DNA of 64,000 nucleotides from an uncultured Hormoscilla sp. (GCA_963921275.4 OZ001293.3:1696001-1760000), one strand, 5' to 3'; shown: positions 45,263 through 58,101, counted from the stretch's first letter. Notes: a model not told the origin generated them from the sequence alone. Numbers and translations: made by a program.

Positions 45263-47842
45263 CTAGCTTGGTTTCAGAAGTAGCACAGATTTCGACGCTA
45301 TTCTTTGATGATGCTTGAGTGAGCAAACACCGAGGCACAATCCGACTGTGGAGACAGTTGAAGTAAAGTTTCTGACAGCGATCGAGTGAGATACCGAGAT
45401 TGAGCCTTCGCCCACTTCAATCATCCTCTCCAAGCGTTGGATATCTGCAGAAACCGCAGAGTTACCATCATGCATTATATACCAGAGAGTGCGCAAAATC
45501 ATTCGTTCCAGGGTTTGCTTACCGTCGGCAACCTTCAGCTGACAATGGAGTTGATTGGCTTCCTTGGCGATCGCCTCCAGTTCGGCCAGGTGAGTCAACC
45601 CTAACTGGCGGTCGCCATTAGCTTGTTCTAGGGCCCGTAAGGATACCTGACAGCGATGAGACAGAGCAATTTCTGCGGCGACTTGCAACTCTGGGGGAAC
45701 TGGCAATTCATCTCGGTGGAATGCCATCAGGACACCATAGTTATCTCGGTAAACTTGGGTGTAGAGTTGATCGACACGGGTGAGAGTTTCTGCGGTTAAT
45801 AACTGCATGATCCGGTGACGTTCCTCAGCAAACAAGTTCCGTAAGCTAAAGGAGTGATCGTCTCCAAACAGCTGTCCCATGGCCAGGATAGCATGAGCAG
45901 CACTGGCATGTTGCAGGGCATTAAATAGCGAGTTTTTCAGCTGACTGTAGGCGAGGCGTCCGGAAAACTGTTGAATGCAGCAGTGGAAATCCCAGCCACC
46001 CAAATGCAAGACAGCAAACACACAATGATTCGTTTCCCGGGTAATTTCTGACTCCAGCTGTAACTGTCCTACGGCGAGAGTCATTGCTCCCATCCGTTGC
46101 AGCTGATAATCTAGCCGATCGGTCCTGTAGCAGTAGAGGCGATGGCTCTCGGGATAACTATAGAACAGGGAACTCATGGCGTAATCAGCCGCCACTTGTT
46201 CTAAGCTAATCTGGGCCGTAGCCACTAACTGACGATAGACAGCCTCACCATCACCGAAGAATTCTACATTGCTGGGTGCTGAAGCAAGGCGCTTGATAAA
46301 TTCTGGTTCCAGCATGGTACCCGCCACATCTCCAGCTAGTTCGATCGCCCGGGCCGCATAGCGCAGAATTTGCACTCCTTCGGGACGGGACAATTCTTCA
46401 AAAAACCAACCGCAACTGGTGAACATCAACAAGCTGTGACGCTGCATTTCTAACAGGCGTAAGGCGTCTACTTGTTCAGCTGGTGTTAGTTCGCGAGTGC
46501 AGTGACTAGATAGAAAGCTGTCAATGTTTTCCGGAGATTGATCGCGAATCACCTGAATATACTCATCCCTGGCCAACCAGGGGTCGCGGAATAATTTCCC
46601 TGCTTCCTCTTTATAAACCTCAATCAGCCGATCGCGCAGCCAGTTAAGGGAGTCTCGCAGGGGACGCCGCCATTTTTGGTGCCACTCGCCACCACCGCCA
46701 CAACCGCAATCATCCTGCCAGCGATCGACCCCGTGGGAGCAACTCCAAGCTGTGACTGGTTTGAGTTCCACTTCCCAGGTTGGTTCCGAAAGACTGAGGT
46801 AATGGGCAAAGTTAGTCACCGTCCAGCCACGGTGGGAGAATTCCTGCAAAAAGGCGTAGGCGAGGGTTTTTTCCGTGCCACCTTTATGATGACCGAAGGT
46901 TTCCCCGTCCGTCGCCACCGATATTAGCTGGGATGATCGCCGATCCCCGCGCACTGCTTGACCGATGCGACCCACGAAATGACCCGAGTTAAACAGCACA
47001 TCGCTAAAACCCATATCCCGGGAAATTGGGCCATCGTAAAAAAAGATATCGATATACTTGCCACCGTTAATAAAGCAGCGATAGGGGCGAGTGGGATCGA
47101 TTTGACTGCCCCCGACTTCGTGCCATTCCGGTTCCGGTTCCTCTGACCTGGGGAAGGGGCGACAGCGTTCCGCCTGGGAGGAGGCGAGAATGATAAATTT
47201 GATACCTTCTGCCACTAAAGCTGCCAAGGTGGCAGAGTCTACAGCTGTTTCTGCTAGCCACATACCTTCGGGATCGCGCCTGAAGCGGGATCGGAAGTCT
47301 GCTTTCCCCCAGCGGATCTGGGTGTATTTGTCCCGATCGTTCGCCAGAGGCATAATAATGTGGTTGTAGACTTGGGCGATCGCATTGCCGTGACCGTTCA
47401 GGCGCTGGCAACTTTGGCGATCGGCCTCCAGAATGCGCTGATATACCTCCACATCGTAGCGTTCCAACCAGGTCATCAGGGTCGGACCGATATTGAAGCT
47501 GAGATACTCGAAGTTATTGACGATATTGACGATCTCGCCTCGGTCATTTAATACCCGAGCAAAGGCATTCGGACGATAGCACTCGTGGTGAATGCGTTCG
47601 TTCCAGTCATGGTAGGGGGATGCACTCGGTTGGCGTTCGATCGCGTTTAGATAAGGATTTTCCCGGGGGGGTTGGTAGAAATGACCGTGAACCGTCACGT
47701 ATACTCCCGTAGCTGTCCGCAGGGGATCGCCTTTGGCATCGTCTTTGGAGACGATCTCCAGCAGATCGTCCCCGCTGTTGACCACTTGGGTAATGGCAGA
47801 CAATGGCGAATCGTAAGAAACTGCATCATAAGGAGAAGCCAT
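45263..47842 (-). CDS. Glycoside hydrolase family 57 / DUF3536 protein (probable frameshift near 45410)
   Basis: HGHFYQPPRENP, WLAETAV, ATDGETFGHH, TSCGWFF. Confidence 0.88.
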   Translation of the reverse strand: MASPYDAVSYDSPLSAITQVVNSGDDLLEIVSKDDAKGDPLRTATGVYVTVHGHFYQPPRENPYLNAIERQPSASPYHDWNERIHHECYRPNAFARVLNDRGEIVNIVNNFEYLSFNIGPTLMTWLERYDVEVYQRILEADRQSCQRLNGHGNAIAQVYNHIIMPLANDRDKYTQIRWGKADFRSRFRRDPEGMWLAETAVDSATLAALVAEGIKFIILASSQAERCRPFPRSEEPEPEWHEVGGSQIDPTRPYRCFINGGKYIDIFFYDGPISRDMGFSDVLFNSGHFVGRIGQAVRGDRRSSQLISVATDGETFGHHKGGTEKTLAYAFLQEFSHRGWTVTNFAHYLSLSEPTWEVELKPVTAWSCSHGVDRWQDDCGCGGGGEWHQKWRRPLRDSLNWLRDRLIEVYKEEAGKLFRDPWLARDEYIQVIRDQSPENIDSFLSSHCTRELTPAEQVDALRLLEMQRHSLLMFTSCGWFFEELSRPEGVQILRYAARAIELAGDVAGTMLEPEFIKRLASAPSNVEFFGDGEAVYRQLVATAQISLEQVAADYAMSSLFYSYPESHRLYCYRTDRLDYQLQRMGAMTLAVGQLQLESEITRETNHCVFAVLHLGGWDFHCCIQQFSGRLAYSQLKNSLFNALQHASAAHAILAMGQLFGDDHSFSLRNLFAEERHRIMQLLTAETLTRVDQLYTQVYRDNYGVLMAFHRDELPVPPELQVAAEIALSHRCQVSLRALEQANGDRQLGLTHLAELEAIAKEANQLHCQLKVADGKQTLERMILRTLWYIMHDGNSAVSADIQRLERMIEVGEGSISVSHSIAVRNFTSTVSTVGLCLGVCSLKHHQRIASKSVLLLKPS

Positions 47843-48312
47843 CTCTAAACCTCCAATACTAACTACTCAAAACTCCTGCGCCACCAGGCAGACGAGTCTG
47901 CGAGTCTGCCTGGTGGCTAAAGTTTGTGTTCTTAAAACCTGGTATATTTTCCGGACAGTGTAGGACGGATAGCGAGCGGTCTCCCGACCCCTAGGAGCAC
48001 TTCTCCCGGAGACACCGCCCACCTGTCAGCCGCCTCAAATTAATGTTTCAGGTACTTGAAAAGACTTTTGCTTTCTTGTAGGGTAGATGAGCCCCGTGCC
48101 GATAAACCTAAAGAAAATCTAAAACCACCCACCCCCACACACCTACCCACAGCTTACCGCTGGCTCACGTCCCAGGCCCAAAAGTTATGGAGTAAGGCAC
48201 CATCCAGTACAACATTTAAAAATTCTGCGGTCTATCCATTGATTGAAATCCATTCTAGCTGGGACAAATCCAGCTAGCATAGGTGAGACAACCTGCGGCT
48301 GGTGAAGGAGAA

Positions 48313-49407
48313 ATGCTGAACACAAATGCTATAATTTCCATTCTCTTGGTCTTTATTCCCATTTCCATTGCCGGTCACTTTCTGGATTGGGGCTCGACAA
48401 CGATCTTTATCACAGCGGGGCTGGCGATCGTCCCTCTAGCAGCTTGGATGGGGACGGCAACGGAAGAAATCGCCGTGGTGCTGGGTCCGAACTTGGGGGG
48501 ATTTTTGAATGCTACCTTCGGCAATGCCACAGAATTGATTATCGGTCTGGTGGCCCTGAATGCGGGACTGATTAATGTGGTCAAGGCCAGTATCACGGGT
48601 TCGATTATCAGTAACCTGCTGTTAGTGATGGGTTTTGCCATGTTTTTGGGTGGCATCCGCTACAGAGAACAGCAATTTCAGTCAGTGGTGGCGCGATTAA
48701 ATGCTTCGGCGATGAATTTAGCAGTGATTGCCATGTTGGTGCCGACTGCTGTAGATGTCACTTCCGACGGCATCTCAGAAGCTACCATGCAGACTCTTTC
48801 TGGGGCTGTAGCGATCGTGTTAATCGTGGTTTACTTGCTGACACTGCTGTTCTCGATGAAAACCCACTCCTTTCTCTATGATGTAGGTGTGGCCGATCTC
48901 GAAGCCGAAGAATCAGAAGAGAAACCGAACCTAGTGTTGTGGGTAATCGTGCTATTAGTATCAACCATAGTGGTAGCGGTAGAGTCGGAACTGTTGGTTG
49001 ACTCCCTAGAAGGAGCGACCTCTTATTTGGGATTAACGGCCTTGTTTACCGGGGTAATTTTAGTTCCCATTATTGGCAATGCGGCGGAACATGCTACGGC
49101 TGTGACGGTGGCGATGAAGAATAAAATGGATCTATCTGTCTCGGTGGCGGTGGGTTCAAGCTTGCAAATTGCCCTATTTGTAGCACCAGTATTAGTGCTA
49201 GCTGGCTTGATTTTTGGTCAACCGATGGACCTGAACTTTAATCCCTTTGAACTGGTGGCGGTGGTAGTAGCGGTGTTAATTGCTAATTCTGTCAGTTCCG
49301 ATGGTCGTTCTGATTGGTTGGAAGGTTCTCTACTATTGGCTACCTATGTAGTTTTGGGCCTGGCCTTCTTCTTCCATCCGGAAATCGCAGGTTTGGGAGA
49401 ACTTTAG
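48313..49407 (+). CDS. cax: Calcium/proton exchanger (CAX/ChaA family)
   Basis: NATFGNATELI and IIGNAAEH alpha-repeats; many TM segments. Confidence 0.92.
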   Translation: MLNTNAIISILLVFIPISIAGHFLDWGSTTIFITAGLAIVPLAAWMGTATEEIAVVLGPNLGGFLNATFGNATELIIGLVALNAGLINVVKASITGSIISNLLLVMGFAMFLGGIRYREQQFQSVVARLNASAMNLAVIAMLVPTAVDVTSDGISEATMQTLSGAVAIVLIVVYLLTLLFSMKTHSFLYDVGVADLEAEESEEKPNLVLWVIVLLVSTIVVAVESELLVDSLEGATSYLGLTALFTGVILVPIIGNAAEHATAVTVAMKNKMDLSVSVAVGSSLQIALFVAPVLVLAGLIFGQPMDLNFNPFELVAVVVAVLIANSVSSDGRSDWLEGSLLLATYVVLGLAFFFHPEIAGLGEL

Positions 49408-49725
49408 CTAGCTACCACACGCTACGCTGCCGGAACCCGTTCCCAGGCAGAGCCGTGGGAACAAGGGGTGGGGCTACAAAAACAAAGCAATGTCCGGAGC
49501 GAGCGTAGCGTAGCGTGTAGCCACCTTCCTGCGATGTCTCCTGTGTGCCGTCCGCGTAGCGTGGCGCAGCCATGTCCCTTGGGACAAGAGCACAATAGGA
49601 GATATCGAAGCGGGCTATATTTTAAAATTAGGTTACTACAGGCGAGCGCGACCAATACCATGTGAGTGTCGTGCAGATTTTGGCGGTTCGTCAGAACCCA
49701 ATTTTCATCCACTAAGGAGAAATTT

Positions 49726-49950
49726 ATGCTTGATATTGAAAGCTTAACAAGTGACTTTATCACCCTTTCTGAAACCGATCGACAACGGGTTTTAGATTTT
49801 GTAACTACTCTCAAGGAACGCTACGAACAAGCGCCAAAACCGTTAAATTTAGAAAATTCAGCGTTTGTAGGGATGTGGCGCGATCGCCTAGAAATGCAAG
49901 ATAGTATTGCTTGGGTTAGAACCATTCGACAACAACATTGGCGGAATTAA
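49726..49950 (+). CDS. DUF2281-like antitoxin; downstream toxin gene apparently lost
   Basis: RQRVLDFVTTLK...FVGMWRDR...WVR..R..W; next ATG reads only MTQIL before the direct repeat. Confidence 0.65.
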   Translation: MLDIESLTSDFITLSETDRQRVLDFVTTLKERYEQAPKPLNLENSAFVGMWRDRLEMQDSIAWVRTIRQQHWRN

Positions 49951-49963
49951 TATGACTCAAATT

Positions 49964-50126
49964 CTTGATGTTGTTAACTACATCGCCTTCAAGTCTCATT
50001 CCGGACAAGACCGCCTAATTTTGGGGGCTTTTTCAACATTACCGGCGATCGCATCCCCAAAATGTGCAACGCCCTTGTTCCACCTTCATAATCTAGCATA
50101 GCATCCACCTATTTTTCTATTTTTGG
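49964..50126. repeat. ~163-bp direct repeat, copy 1
   Basis: Near-identical to 52872-53035. Confidence 0.9.
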
Positions 50127-50297
50127 CGAAAAAAAATCAACCTTTTTTTGAAGGCGTTTCACCGGCGGTGAAGAGCATGAGTGAAGGCGTTTCACCGTTA
50201 GAAGCCAATCCAATTGGGACCGGTTCTGTGCCTAGGCCCAGGACCGGTAGTGGTTTTGACCGCTTGCGGTTATCCCTATTGGGTTGGGGCTAGAATT

Positions 50298-52830
50298 CTA
50301 AAACGCCCCATTATGACCAGGCGGTGGGTCGATCGAGATCATGATAAAGTCCTCAGAATTAGTCAGTCCGGAATCGATATTCGACAAGATGCCCAGTGTT
50401 TTCCCATTGGATTGAATATGAGTGTGCGTCCCTTCCTGGACGATACCCAGTTCCGAGAAATTCAAGCCTCCTTTCAACCCGATCTTGTCCAAGCCATCCT
50501 CAAAGTCTGAGATGGTATCCTGGCCCCCGACTAGCTCCAAAACAAAGGTATCCCGGCCTTCACCCCCGGAGTACCAGTCTTTTTCCAGGCCCCCATCAAG
50601 GGTGTCGTCTCCCTCGAAGCCATACAAACCGTCGTTTCCGGCGGTGCCTACAAGGGTATCTGGTCCGGATGTCCCTACAACGAAAGAGCTGGTATTTGCT
50701 GGAGCTACCATAATCTCAAAGGTATCGGAAACTTGGCCTTCAGCACTATCCGATGCCGTTACTGTTACAGCAAAATTGCCCGCCGTGGTAGGACTGCCAC
50801 TGAGCACTCCCATTTTGTTGAGGGTTAAACCTGGGGGTAAACCAGTGGCGCTGTAGCTGGAGATGTTGTTGTTGATGTCGCTGAAGTCCCCGCTAATGTT
50901 TAGATCGAACTCAGTCCCGACTTCTATCCGTTGGTCGGAAATCTCAGTCTTTACATAAGGGGGATTTTCTAAGAGTTTGTCTGCAGACAAATCTAAGACG
51001 CTTTGGGGGATCGACCCTGTCAGTTGGTTGAAGCCCAGAGAGAGGAATTCCAAATTCTCCAAATTGCCCAACTCTGAGGGGATCGAGCCTGTCAGTTGGT
51101 TGATGCCCAGAGAGAGTGATTCCAAATTCTCCAAATTGCCCAACTCTGAGGGGATCGACCCTGTCAGTTGGTTGTCGGACAGATAGAGGAATTCCAAATT
51201 CTCCAAATTGCCCAACTCTGAGGGGATCGACCCTGTCAGTTGGTTGTCGGACAGATAGAGGAATTCCAAATTCTCCAAATTGCCCAACTCTTAGGGGATC
51301 GACCCTGTCAGTTGGTTGATGCCCAGAGAGAGTGATTCCAAATTCTCCAAATTGCCCAACTCTTAGGGGATCGACCCTGTCAGTTGGTTGTCGGACAGAT
51401 AGAGGAATTCCAAATTCTCCAAATTGCCCAACTCTGAGGGGATCGACCCTGTCAGTTGGTTGTAGCCCAGATTGAGTAATTCCAAATTCTCCAAATTGCC
51501 CAACTCTGAGGGGATCGACCCTGTCAGTTGGTTGGATTCCAGTATGAGCCATTGCAAATTCTCCAAATTGCCCCCCAGTACTTTCATAGAGAGCCTTCAG
51601 GGCCGCATAATCACCGGCATTGAGAAGAACAACAATCTCAAAGGTATCGGAAACTTGGCCTTCAGCACTATCCGATGCCGTTACTGTTACCGCAAAATTG
51701 CCCGCCGTGGATAGGACACTGCCACTGAGCACTCCCATTTTGTTGAGGGTTAAACCTGGGGGTAAACCAGTGGCGCTGTAGCTGGAGATGTTGTTGTTGA
51801 TGTCGCTGAAGTTCCCGCTAATGTTTAGATCGAACTCAGTCCCGACTTCTATCCGTTGGTCGGAAATCTCAGTCTTTACATAAGGGGGATTTTCTAAGAG
51901 TTTGTATGCAGACAAATCTAAGACGCTTTGGGGGATCGACCCTGTCAGTTGGTTGGAGTCCAGTATGAGGAATTCCAAATTCTCCAAATTGCCCAACTCT
52001 GAGGGGATCGACCCTGTCAGTTGGTTGTCGGACAGAGAGAGGAATTCCAAATTCTCCAAATTGCCCAACTCTGAGGGGATCGACCCTGTCAGTTGGTTGC
52101 CAGTCAGTTGGTTGAAGCCCAGAGAGAAACTTTTTAAATTCTCCAAATTGCCCAACTCTGAGGGGATCGACCCTGTCAGTCGGTTGGAGTCCAGTATGAG
52201 TAATTCCAAATTCTCCAAATTGCCCAACTCTGAGGGGATCGACCCTGTCAGTTGGTTGGAGCGCAGATTGAGCCATCGCAAATTCTCCAAATTGCCCAAC
52301 TCTGAGGGGATCGAGCCTGTCAGTTGGTTGTAGCCCAGATAGAGGTCTTCCAAATTCTCCAAATTGCCCAACTCTGAGGGGATCGACCCTGTCAGTCGGT
52401 TGGACTCCAGATAGAGGTCTTCCAAATTCTCCAAATTGCCCAACTCTGAGGGGATCGACCCTGTCAGTTGGTTTAAGGTCAGATAGAGGCCTTCCAAATT
52501 CTCCAAATTGCCCAACTCTGAGGGGATCGACCCTGTCAATCGGTTGGACTCCAGATAGAGGTCTTCCAAATTCTCCAAATTGCCCAACTCTGAGGGGATC
52601 GACCCAGTCAGTCGGTTGGAGACCAGATCTAGTTTTGTCACCCTGTTACCCGTTACTGTCACTGCATACCAACTGTTAACAACAGAGGCCGGAGGAGGAG
52701 TTGAGCTGCTGACATCCCAGCCGCTGTTAGAGAACCAATTCGTCCCCCCAGTACTTTCATAGAGAGCCTTCAGGGCCGCATAATCACCGGCATTGAGAAG
52801 AACAACACCAGCATTTTTATTTCCTTGCAT
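50298..52830 (-). pseudogene. 24-aa LRR + Ig-like + RTX Ca-binding protein; two tandem modules, the second frameshifted with two stops
   Basis: 72-bp units encoding NxLTGSIPSELGNLENL; duplicated GLPPGL Ig-like domain; GTAGNDGLYGFEGDDTLDGG nonapeptides. Confidence 0.85.
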
Positions 52831-52871
52831 TTCAAGACCTCCTCTTTCCGCAAAAAATATACCAAGTTTAA

Positions 52872-53035
52872 CTTGATGTTGTTAACTACATCGCCTTCAA
52901 GTCTCATTCGGGACAAGACCGCCTAATTTTGGGGGCTTTTTCAACATTACCGGCGATCTGCATACCCAAAATGTGCAACGCATTTGTTCCACCTTCATAA
53001 TCTAGCATAGCATCCACCTATTTTCCTATTTTTGG
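52872..53035. repeat. ~164-bp direct repeat, copy 2
   Basis: Near-identical to 49964-50126. Confidence 0.9.
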
Positions 53036-53919
53036 AAGTATTGTTGTTGATGATGTCGCGGAAGTTCCCGCTAATATCTAGATCACCGGGGTTCGTCCCG
53101 CGTACCACCACATAGAAAAATCTCATCTCTGAGGTCTCTTCAACTCCGTTACCAAAAAATTGATATTCTAATTGTCCGGACATTTGACTTCCTCCTCTAA
53201 TACAGTTTTAACACTCTCAGTAATCCAAACGATAGCAGGTCTGCTCTTGTCAATTGATGGTTACGTTTACTGAAAAATATACGCAAACATGCAACTACGC
53301 TTTATTTGCTTATTGTAGCTGCTTCAGGTTTTAGTATTCCGGTAGCTTTGAGGCTACGGCCATAACGTTTATCAAGTACCCTTGCTCCAGCTTTTTGACG
53401 CCGTCAGTAGTTTAACCATTTACTCGATTTTCTCTCCTGGGGCTTGGGGCCTTGGGTTTCGGCATTAGGGCTTAGGGCCTAACCTAGCCTTGCTTGCCTT
53501 TCACTACTTTAACCCATTTTCTTTCTGACTGTCAAGTGTTCTACCGAATTTTTTTGCTTTTTCAACATTACCACTATACTGCACAAACTAGGCCGAAAAC
53601 CAAGCTTTTCGGTCGAATCGAAAGGAAATAGCTTGAGTATTGTTGCTTAGTCAAGAGACTAGATTAGCGGTCGTGTTTCCGCCATGTTTCCTGGAAGTGC
53701 TTCTAGCGCTCCCAGGAGACATGGCCTGTGTGCCGTAAACGCCGCGCTGGGGGCGCAGCCATGTCACCACCGGATAAGAGCAAGGAGCAGAGATATCGAA
53801 ACCGAACCCAAACCACCGGTATTCGCTCGCATTTGGTAGAGGCTTTCGGGTATCCACGAATTCTACAGTCTGTAAACTTTTGCCTACTCTGGCCAAGGCA
53901 GGTTGGGGGTTGTTGACCT

Positions 53920-54130
53920 AGAATAAGTCTATTCTGGATCAGAATAAGTCTATTCTGATCCAGAATAAGTCTATTCCGACTTAGAATAGATTTCCGACTT
54001 AGAATAGATTTATTTCGATCTAAAATAAGTCTATTATAGCCAATAATAGCCTATTATTGGCTATAATCAGTCGATTCTCTCTCACATTAAGCTTACTTTT
54101 GCCAAGAATCAGTCAATTCTCTCTCACATA
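53920..54130. repeat. Degenerate 21-bp tandem repeat with palindromic core AGAATA..TATTCT
   Basis: AGAATAAGTCTATTC three times at 21-bp spacing, then decaying. Confidence 0.75.
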
Positions 54131-54324
54131 AAGGATTTTTTGGGTAAGCTTACTCAATACCCCTAATCCCTCGTGGCCTGAACTACCATCCGTTGCTTTC
54201 GATGTCTAGCACTACTCGTACTGCCCGGCTGTATCACTTGACAAGCATGATATACTATCGTCTCATGCTTGTCAAGTGATACAGGTCGCACACGGATTTT
54301 TGGCAACCCCTTTGCGCCATAGCG

Positions 54325-55630
<1,306 letters not shown>

Positions 55631-55875
55631 GTAAAAAGCGCCGGTCCATAGCCCGAACCCGTGCAGGGTCCGGCTACAGATACAAAGCCCGCCGGCGCGG
55701 GCTATATTGCAAAACTGAGATGCACCCGACGCAATGCTTATAAGAAGAAGCGACAGCGAGTTTTGGGGAGTGCAACTAATCTGGTAGAAATAGATTTACC
55801 TTTTTTGCTGGGGTTGTCGCCAAAAAATAATGGAGAACCGCTGACAGTTCCTGCATAGGCAATGGTGATTGGCAA

Positions 55876-57135
55876 ATGGGAAAGATGTGGAAAAAGTTTT
55901 GGCAGTGGTTGCAGGGGTTGCTACGCAGGGGGCGATCGCACAAAAGAAGAGTCCCCCATAAACAGCAGGAAAATGTACCGTACCGGAAAAATCGGCCCCT
56001 TTTATATCAGAATTATGAGTTTCTGTTCCTGCGGTTGCTGGAAGGGGTTGCAGGCGGTTGGCAAGAACAACAGGTGTGGCAGTTTCTGGCAGAATGGGAA
56101 AATCGCACGACGGAAGCTGATTGGATAGCTTGGTTGCATAGCTTTGGAGAACGAACCCTGTATTCTCAATCGCCTAATGTAGAATTAGGACGGCGAATGC
56201 TGCTATTAAGTCAGATTGGTTGTGGAGAGTTGGGAAGAGTTGCTGGGGAATTTGGAGAAGAGTTGCTGAGGCGATATTCTCAAATACAAGAAGTCTCGAA
56301 TAGCCAGGATGCCGCCCCTCCTTCTATGGCTGAAACTCCTCCGGAACCAGAGGATACCCCCCCCGAACCAGTGTCTGAAACTCCTTCGGGAATAGAAGCG
56401 AATGCGCCCTCCGATAGACCGGAACAAAAACCAGATGCGATCGCCCCTGATCCTGTTTACGAAACTATCATCAAACCAGATGAGATCGCCCCGTTACCCC
56501 TGTACATAAAAGACAGAAAAGTAAGGCAAAGATGTCAAGCGCAACCAGACAGTTTGGATGGGGTATTGGCCATGTTACAAAATAATTCTGGGATGGTTAA
56601 GCAACTGGCTCTGCAGATAAGTATTCAAACAACAAACCCCCAGGTTATTCTCAGAGAACTGGAAGTTAGAGCTTGGATGCAAGAGGCATTGAGGTATGAG
56701 AAAGCTGGGAAGTTTTCAAGGGCGATCGCATGCTGCGATCGGGTCCTAGCCCTGAAAGCAGATTACCAGATCGGTTGGGCAATGCGAGGGGATGCGCTGT
56801 TTAAGTTAAAAAGATATGAGTTGGCAGTGGCGTCTTATAATAAAGCTACGGAACTGAAACCAGATGACTGGGAAGCTTGGTATAATCAAGCGATGGGATT
56901 GTTTAAGTTATCACGACATGCAGAAGCAGTTGATAGTTTCCAGCAGTCTCTGGAAATTAAACCAGATTTTGCCCCGGCTTGGAAAAATCTGGCCATCGCT
57001 TTGTTTAACCTGAAACTATACTCAGAGGCGATCGCATCTTGTGAGGAGGCCCTGAAAATTCAGCCCCAGGACCAAGTAGCGATCTCTTGTATGCAGAAAT
57101 CTAGGGCGGCTCTTAGGCACCAGGATGATGTATAG
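55876..57135 (+). CDS. TPR repeat protein
   Basis: C-terminal TPRs (AWYNQAMGLFKL, AWKNLAIALFNL). Confidence 0.85.
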   Translation: MGKMWKKFWQWLQGLLRRGRSHKRRVPHKQQENVPYRKNRPLLYQNYEFLFLRLLEGVAGGWQEQQVWQFLAEWENRTTEADWIAWLHSFGERTLYSQSPNVELGRRMLLLSQIGCGELGRVAGEFGEELLRRYSQIQEVSNSQDAAPPSMAETPPEPEDTPPEPVSETPSGIEANAPSDRPEQKPDAIAPDPVYETIIKPDEIAPLPLYIKDRKVRQRCQAQPDSLDGVLAMLQNNSGMVKQLALQISIQTTNPQVILRELEVRAWMQEALRYEKAGKFSRAIACCDRVLALKADYQIGWAMRGDALFKLKRYELAVASYNKATELKPDDWEAWYNQAMGLFKLSRHAEAVDSFQQSLEIKPDFAPAWKNLAIALFNLKLYSEAIASCEEALKIQPQDQVAISCMQKSRAALRHQDDV

Positions 57136-57191
57136 AGTGATGATTTGAACTTGAAAATAGTCAGCAATTAGCAATTAACTAACCCCAAATC

Positions 57192-58004
57192 ATGCACAAA
57201 ACATGGCTTTATGCTTGCCTGGCAATAATTTTATTAGTGGCAAGTGCCCGCAGTATATTTGCATCAGAAGCTCATACCAAAGCCGAAAACTTACAACAAA
57301 CTCAGACGCCTATGTACAGCTACCGCATTGTTAACCATTACCCCCACGACCCACAGGCATTCATACAAGGTTTGTTATACCACAATGGCGTACTTTACGA
57401 GGGCACGGGTTGGTGGGGCAGATCTTCTATACGCCGGGTTGAACTGGAAACTGGCAAGGTTTTGCAAATCTCACACGCGACTAGGCGCTACTTCGGAGAG
57501 GGTATCGTTATATGGCAAGACCGCATTATTCAATTGACTTGGAAGTCTAAGGTAGGTTTTGTCTACGATCGCGAAACTTTTGAGAAAATCAGCGAGTTTA
57601 AATATCTTACAGAAGGTTGGGGAATTACTCACGATGGCAAGCGCCTAATTATGAGCGATGGGACAAATATTCTGTACTTTTGGGACCCCGATAGCTTCCA
57701 GGAGATCGAGAAGCTGCAAGTGCGGGACGGTGATACCCCCGTCCCCCGACTCAATGAGTTGGAGTACGTTAAAGGGGAAATTTGGGCTAATGTCTGGGGG
57801 ACCAATCTTATCGCTCGCATTTCCCCCCAGACGGGTCAAGTTTTGAGCTGGATAGACTTGACTGGGTTGCTCGATATCGCACTGCGTCGGGATCCCAATG
57901 CGGTGCTGAATGGGATCGCTTATGACGAGAAAGGCGATCGCATCTTCGTAACAGGAAAGCTGTGGCCGACATTATTTGAAATCGAGTTAATTCCCAAACC
58001 CTAG
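57192..58004 (+). CDS. Glutaminyl-peptide cyclotransferase (beta-propeller type)
   Basis: YPHDPQAFIQGL, YFGEG, EGWG, LNELE, VLNGIA, VTGKLW. Confidence 0.9.
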   Translation: MHKTWLYACLAIILLVASARSIFASEAHTKAENLQQTQTPMYSYRIVNHYPHDPQAFIQGLLYHNGVLYEGTGWWGRSSIRRVELETGKVLQISHATRRYFGEGIVIWQDRIIQLTWKSKVGFVYDRETFEKISEFKYLTEGWGITHDGKRLIMSDGTNILYFWDPDSFQEIEKLQVRDGDTPVPRLNELEYVKGEIWANVWGTNLIARISPQTGQVLSWIDLTGLLDIALRRDPNAVLNGIAYDEKGDRIFVTGKLWPTLFEIELIPKP

Positions 58005-58101
58005 ACAACAGTTTGTAGTGAGGACTTTAGTCCTCAACGCGATCGCTAAAGCACTCACTACGAACTACAATAGAGAAGAAAGTTATCAGTAAAGACAAAT
58101 C

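Noticed and set aside
50980..52630. Diversity-generating retroelement acting on the LRR units
   Set aside because: No RT and no non-coding template copy in the window; variation is not evidently adenine-specific
53920..54130. Possible CRISPR array
   Set aside because: Units are contiguous with no unique spacers; no cas genes in the window
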